From a bacterium (GTDB lineage: Bacteria > Elusimicrobiota > Elusimicrobia > Elusimicrobiales > UBA9959): 64,000 nucleotides of DNA. Each line of letters opens with the position of its first letter. Within the stretch, counting starts at the first letter, position 1. The notes under the pieces are model-generated. The model did not search any database. It saw only the letters and a list, made by a program, of their open reading frames with translations, and was not told where the DNA came from. The position numbers were made by a program, and so were the translations under genes. Where the stretch lies: the NCBI GenBank assembly GCA_021847485.1, contig JAJZRA010000002.1, forward strand, positions 20,078 to 84,077, written 5' to 3'. This document shows positions 60,011-64,000 of this stretch, piece after piece.

Positions 60011-60730
60011 CTAGGAGCGGGCGTGCGGGTCGGAGACGCGCTGCAGCGTCGGGTAGTCCAGGATCTTGATGGACTTGGCCTCGCGCTTGATGATATTGCG
60101 CTTCTCCAGGTCGGCGAGGGTCCTGACCACGGTCTCGAGCGCCAGGCCGGTGATCTCGGCGATCTCGGTGCGCTTGAGCCCGTAGATGGCGGGGTTCTTG
60201 GTGTCGCGGCTCTTGTAGGAGACGGCGTTCATCAGGGCCTTGGCCACCTTGGCGCGGGCCGGCTTGTAGGCGGTGTCCTTGAGCTTGAGCTGCAGCGTGC
60301 GCAGCTCGGTGGCCACCTTGTGCAGGAACAGCTTGTAGGTCTTCGGATTGTCGTCGAGGAACTTCTCCAGGGTCTTCCTGTCCACGAAGGACAGGATGGT
60401 CTCGCCCATCGCGCGGCTGTTGCAGAAATAGTCGTTCTCGGAGAAGAGCGCGATATGGCCGAAGGTCTCGCCGGGGTGGCGGATCCAGGTGATCATCTGC
60501 TGGCCCTTGGCGTCGGTGGAGAACACCTTGGCGCGGCCCTTGCAGACGGTATAGACGCCCTGCGGCTGCTGGAACTCGTTGTAGATGCACTCGTCGTCGG
60601 AGAACTTGCGGCCCATCTTGACGGCGTTCCACGCCTTCTGCGCCGCGGCGTCCAGCCTGCTGTAGAAGCAGCTGGTCTTGAAGCGGCATACGGCGCAATC
60701 GGGCGCCTGGTTCTTGGTGAATCTGTCCAT
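60011..60730 (-). CDS. Crp/Fnr-family transcription regulator with an FNR-type N-terminal Cys cluster
   Basis: ATG 60730, preceded by TATAAT (60764..60769) and a G-rich RBS. C12-x2-C15-x5-C21. cNMP-like barrel. C-terminal HTH RTEIAEITGLALETVVRTLADLEK. Confidence 0.8.
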   Translation of the reverse strand: MDRFTKNQAPDCAVCRFKTSCFYSRLDAAAQKAWNAVKMGRKFSDDECIYNEFQQPQGVYTVCKGRAKVFSTDAKGQQMITWIRHPGETFGHIALFSENDYFCNSRAMGETILSFVDRKTLEKFLDDNPKTYKLFLHKVATELRTLQLKLKDTAYKPARAKVAKALMNAVSYKSRDTKNPAIYGLKRTEIAEITGLALETVVRTLADLEKRNIIKREAKSIKILDYPTLQRVSDPHARS

Positions 60731-60847
60731 TATTTCTCTACCCCCACCGGCTATCTTGACCATATTATATCTTATTTCAGCCCGGCCCGTCATTTGCTAG
60801 ACTATGAGCGTGCGGCCCGGCCCGTCGTGGCGCGGCCCGCCCGGAAC

Positions 60848-62305
60848 ATGTTCAAGGACCTTAAAGCGCTCGGCAGGGAATCCCTCGTGTACGGCCTCTC
60901 CACCGTGGCCGCCCGCCTGCTCAACTTCCTGCTGCTGCCTTTCTACACGCACTACCTCGCGCCGGCCGATTACGGCGTGGCGGCGGCGCTGTTCTCCTAC
61001 ATCGCCTTCTTCAACATCCTCTTCCAGCACGGCATGGACCAGGCCTATATGCGCCATTACGGCGAGCGGGACGGCTCCCTCGCCGCGGCGTTCTACGGCG
61101 TGGCCGGCGTCTCCGTGCTGCTGGCGGCGCTGATCTGCGCGGCCCCGGCCGCGCTGTCGGCGGCCGGCGGCATCGGCCCCGGCAACGGGCGGCTGGTGGT
61201 CTACTCCGCGCTGATCATGCTCTTCGACGCGGCCAGCGCGCCGCTCTTCGCGGACCTGCGGATGGCCCACCGCGCGCTGCGCTACGCCCTGCTGCGCGTG
61301 ATCACGGTGGTCCTCAACGTCGGCCTGAACCTGCTGCTGATCGTCAAGCTCTCGCGCGGCGTCTCCGGCATCTTCGAGGCCAACGTCGCCTCCTCGGCGC
61401 TGGCGCTGCTGCTGGTCCTGCTGCCGGCGCTCCCCCGCCTGCGGGCCCGCTTCACCGCGGACCTCTACCGCCGGATGCTGGCCTTCGCGCTGCCGCTGGT
61501 GCCGGCCGGCCTCGGCTCGATGGCGGTGCAGGTCATCGACCGCCCCATCCTGCTGCACCTCACCGACGAGGCCGTCGTCGGCGTCTACCAGGCCAACTAC
61601 CGCCTCGGGATCTTCATGATGCTGATCGTCAGCATGTTCGACCAGGCCTGGCGCCCGTTCTTCATCGAGCGGTCCTCCCGCCCGGAAGCCCCCGCCCTCT
61701 TCGCCCGGGCGCTGACCTTCTTCGTGATAGGCTCGTCGTGGCTGACGCTCGGCCTCTGCTACTTCATCCCGGACCTCGTCCGGTTCCCGGTGTTCGGCCG
61801 GCCCCTGATCCACCCGGCCTACTGGGGCGGGCTGGGCCTGGTGCCGGTGGTGCTGTGGTCCTACGTCTTCAACGGCCTCTACATCAATTTCCTCGCGCCG
61901 GTCATCATAGCCAAGCGGACCGGGCGCGTGATGGGCGCCACGCTGCTGGGCGCCGCCGTCAACGTGGCCGCCAACTTCCTGCTGATCCCGGCTTACGGCA
62001 TGCTGGGCGCGGCGTGGGCCACCTTCGCCGCCTATTCCTCGATGGCGTTCTTCATGTACTACGCCGGGCGCTCGCTCTACCGCGTGCCTTACGAATGGGG
62101 CCGCGTGTGGGCCGCCGTCGGCGCCGGCGGGCTGCTCACCTGCGGCCTGCTGGTCTCGGACCGCCTCTCCCCGGGCGCCTGGCTGGCGGCGCGCCTGGCC
62201 GCCCTGCTGGTAGTCTTCCCGGCGCTCGCCTGGGCGCTCTTCGACCGGGCGGAAAAAGACGGCCTGCTCTCGCTGCTGCGGCGCGCGGCGGCGAGAGTCG
62301 GCTGA
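60848..62305 (+). CDS. MOP-superfamily polysaccharide/oligosaccharide flippase (Wzx-like)
   Basis: Internal ATG of track ORF 60023..62305. 485 aa, about 12-14 TM helices. N-terminal LVYGLSTVAARLLNFLLLPFYTHYL is typical of this family. Confidence 0.75.
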   Translation: MFKDLKALGRESLVYGLSTVAARLLNFLLLPFYTHYLAPADYGVAAALFSYIAFFNILFQHGMDQAYMRHYGERDGSLAAAFYGVAGVSVLLAALICAAPAALSAAGGIGPGNGRLVVYSALIMLFDAASAPLFADLRMAHRALRYALLRVITVVLNVGLNLLLIVKLSRGVSGIFEANVASSALALLLVLLPALPRLRARFTADLYRRMLAFALPLVPAGLGSMAVQVIDRPILLHLTDEAVVGVYQANYRLGIFMMLIVSMFDQAWRPFFIERSSRPEAPALFARALTFFVIGSSWLTLGLCYFIPDLVRFPVFGRPLIHPAYWGGLGLVPVVLWSYVFNGLYINFLAPVIIAKRTGRVMGATLLGAAVNVAANFLLIPAYGMLGAAWATFAAYSSMAFFMYYAGRSLYRVPYEWGRVWAAVGAGGLLTCGLLVSDRLSPGAWLAARLAALLVVFPALAWALFDRAEKDGLLSLLRRAAARVG

Positions 62306-62322
62306 GATAACCGGTTTTTCCC

Positions 62323-63078
62323 TTATTTTTCCTGCTGGAGCTTCCCGAAGGCGGCCACGCCCAGGGCGGTGGTGGCCAGGCTGAACAGCGCTATCGCGCC
62401 GAGGTCGGTCCAGACGGAGAAGTGTCCCCGCCCGAGCATGATGACGCGCAGCAGGTCCACGGCGTACGTCACGGGGTCTATTAGGCTTACGGCCTTGATG
62501 TAAGGCGCGGCGTTGCCCAGGTCGAACAGCGCCCCGCTGAAGAAGAACAGCGGCCAGGTGAGGAAGCTCATCACCAGGCCGAAGCCCTCCATCGATTTCA
62601 TCTTGGCGCCTATCGTCAGCCCCATGTTGGTGATCATGTAGGACACCGGGAACGCCGCCAGCAGGCACAGCAGCACCTGCAGCGGGCTCTGCGGCAGTAT
62701 GAAGAACGCCCCTATGATGAGCAGCAGCAGCGTCTCGATGAGCGCGCCGAGCATCCCGCCCAGCGACTTGCCGAAGAACAGCGTGGCGCGCGAGATCGGC
62801 GCCGCCAGCACTTCCTTCAGGAAGTCCAGGCGCTTGTCCCAGATGATGTAGAGGCCGTACGTGATCGACGTGAACAGGATCACCATCGCCATGATGCCGG
62901 GGAAGATGAACTGCTGATAGCTGAAACCCTCCACCGGGCTGTGGCCCTGCGCCATGCCGCGCCCCATCACGAACAGGAACAGCAGCGGCGAGATCAGGAT
63001 GGAGACTATCCTTTCCTTCTCGCGCAGGAAGATCTTGGCCTCGCGCAGCAGCAGGGCCCAGACGGCGTTGGGGTTCAT
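62323..63078 (-). CDS. ABC-2 type transporter permease
   Basis: 251 aa, 6 TM helices. 4-nt overlap with the ATPase gene. Confidence 0.85.
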   Translation of the reverse strand: MNPNAVWALLLREAKIFLREKERIVSILISPLLFLFVMGRGMAQGHSPVEGFSYQQFIFPGIMAMVILFTSITYGLYIIWDKRLDFLKEVLAAPISRATLFFGKSLGGMLGALIETLLLLIIGAFFILPQSPLQVLLCLLAAFPVSYMITNMGLTIGAKMKSMEGFGLVMSFLTWPLFFFSGALFDLGNAAPYIKAVSLIDPVTYAVDLLRVIMLGRGHFSVWTDLGAIALFSLATTALGVAAFGKLQQEK

Positions 63079-64000
63079 CGGCGCACCGCCTTGTTGACGG
63101 CTATCCGCTCGAAGATGCTCTCCGACTTCTCGTCGGCGTCCTCCGAGATCTGCTGCCCCGCGAACTTCAGGAACACGTCGTCGAGCGTGACGCGCCGCAC
63201 CTCCACTTCCTCGATGCGGCCGGCCGCGTTCAGCAGGGCCTGCAGGTTGGCCCCGGAATCCTCTATGCTGATCTCGCAGCGCGCGCCGCTCTTGCGGCAG
63301 TCCCGCACGAAGGGCAGCGCCTTCACGGCGGCCTCGTTGACCTCGCCGGTGATGTAGACCAGGTCCCGGCCCACCTTGCGCTTGAGGGCGTCGGGCGTGT
63401 CCAGCTCTATCACGCGGCCCCGGTTGATGATGCCGATGCGGTCGGCCAGGCTGTCGGCCTCCTCCATGTAGTGCGTGGTGAGGATGATGGTGGTGTTGTG
63501 CGTCTCTTTGAGCGCGCGGATATGCGTCCAGACGGCCTTGCGGCTGGCCGGGTCCAGGCCGAGCGTGGGCTCGTCGAGGAAGAGGATCTTGGGGCCGTGG
63601 ATCAGGCCGCGGGCTATCTCGAGGCGCCGCCGCATGCCGCCGGAGAAGGTCTTGACCAGGCTGTCGCCGCGGTCGGTCAGGTTGACCATCTTCAGCATCC
63701 GCTCTATCGCCGGGCCTATCTCGCGGCGCGGCATGCCGTAGAGCATCGAGTGCAGGTAGAGGTTCTCGCGGGCGCTGAGCAGGTCGTCCACGCTCGGCTC
63801 CTGGAAAACTATGCCGATATTGCGGCGCACGGCCAGCGGGTCGCGGGTGATGTCGTGGCCGGCCACGAGCGCGGTGCCCGAGGTGGGGTGCACCAGCGTG
63901 GACAGCATGCTGATCGTCGTGGTCTTGCCGGCGCCGTTGGGGCCCAGCAGGCCGAAGACCTCCCCCTCCTTGATCTCGAGGGAGACGCCGTCCACGGCGG
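63075..64000 (-). CDS. ABC transporter ATP-binding protein (DrrA/ABC-2 type); N-terminus probably beyond the window end
   Basis: GPNGAGKTT (Walker A), FSGGMRRR (signature), ILFLDEP (Walker B). Confidence 0.9.
   Translation of the reverse strand, partial: AVDGVSLEIKEGEVFGLLGPNGAGKTTTISMLSTLVHPTSGTALVAGHDITRDPLAVRRNIGIVFQEPSVDDLLSARENLYLHSMLYGMPRREIGPAIERMLKMVNLTDRGDSLVKTFSGGMRRRLEIARGLIHGPKILFLDEPTLGLDPASRKAVWTHIRALKETHNTTIILTTHYMEEADSLADRIGIINRGRVIELDTPDALKRKVGRDLVYITGEVNEAAVKALPFVRDCRKSGARCEISIEDSGANLQALLNAAGRIEEVEVRRVTLDDVFLKFAGQQISEDADEKSESIFERIAVNKAVRR

Overview
High-GC bacterial chromosomal segment, densely coding (about 57 protein genes). I saw no rRNA, tRNA, CRISPR array, transposase or prophage gene by eye. 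All functional calls come from reading the supplied translations and the DNA; no database search was possible. The backbone is housekeeping: dtd, def-fmt-(PASTA protein)-rpe, rpsP-KH-trmD-rplS-rnhB-yraN, punA-pdp-upp, cydAB, suhB-like, MscS channel, parvulin PPIase, C11 protease, ABC exporter, and a partial RNase R at the left edge. Main points of interest: (1) a 9.1-kb single ORF encodes a PUFA/polyketide-type megasynthase ordered KS-AT-KS-(ACP)5-KR-DH. It is followed by an Sfp-type PPTase and a stand-alone carboxyltransferase. All five carrier domains have Thr where the phosphopantetheinyl Ser is expected. (2) An 11-gene operon holds homologues of all 11 core subunits of minimal complex I, but its NuoD homologue keeps both [NiFe] cysteine pairs (group 4 membrane-bound hydrogenase), in Mbh/Mrp-like gene order. 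(3) A tight 4-gene operon encodes only membrane proteins with no recognisable motifs. (4) An orphan GlmL/MutL-type ASKHA ATPase sits between two unknown proteins, with no B12 enzyme nearby. (5) TATAAT-N6/7-ATG recurs at several operon heads, suggesting leaderless mRNAs. (6) There is a 45-nt perfect palindrome between a permease gene and def. Many very long ORFs in the track (for example 5420..10432, 29191..35730) are antisense or out-of-frame GC-rich shadow ORFs and were rejected. Several track ORFs were trimmed to internal starts.
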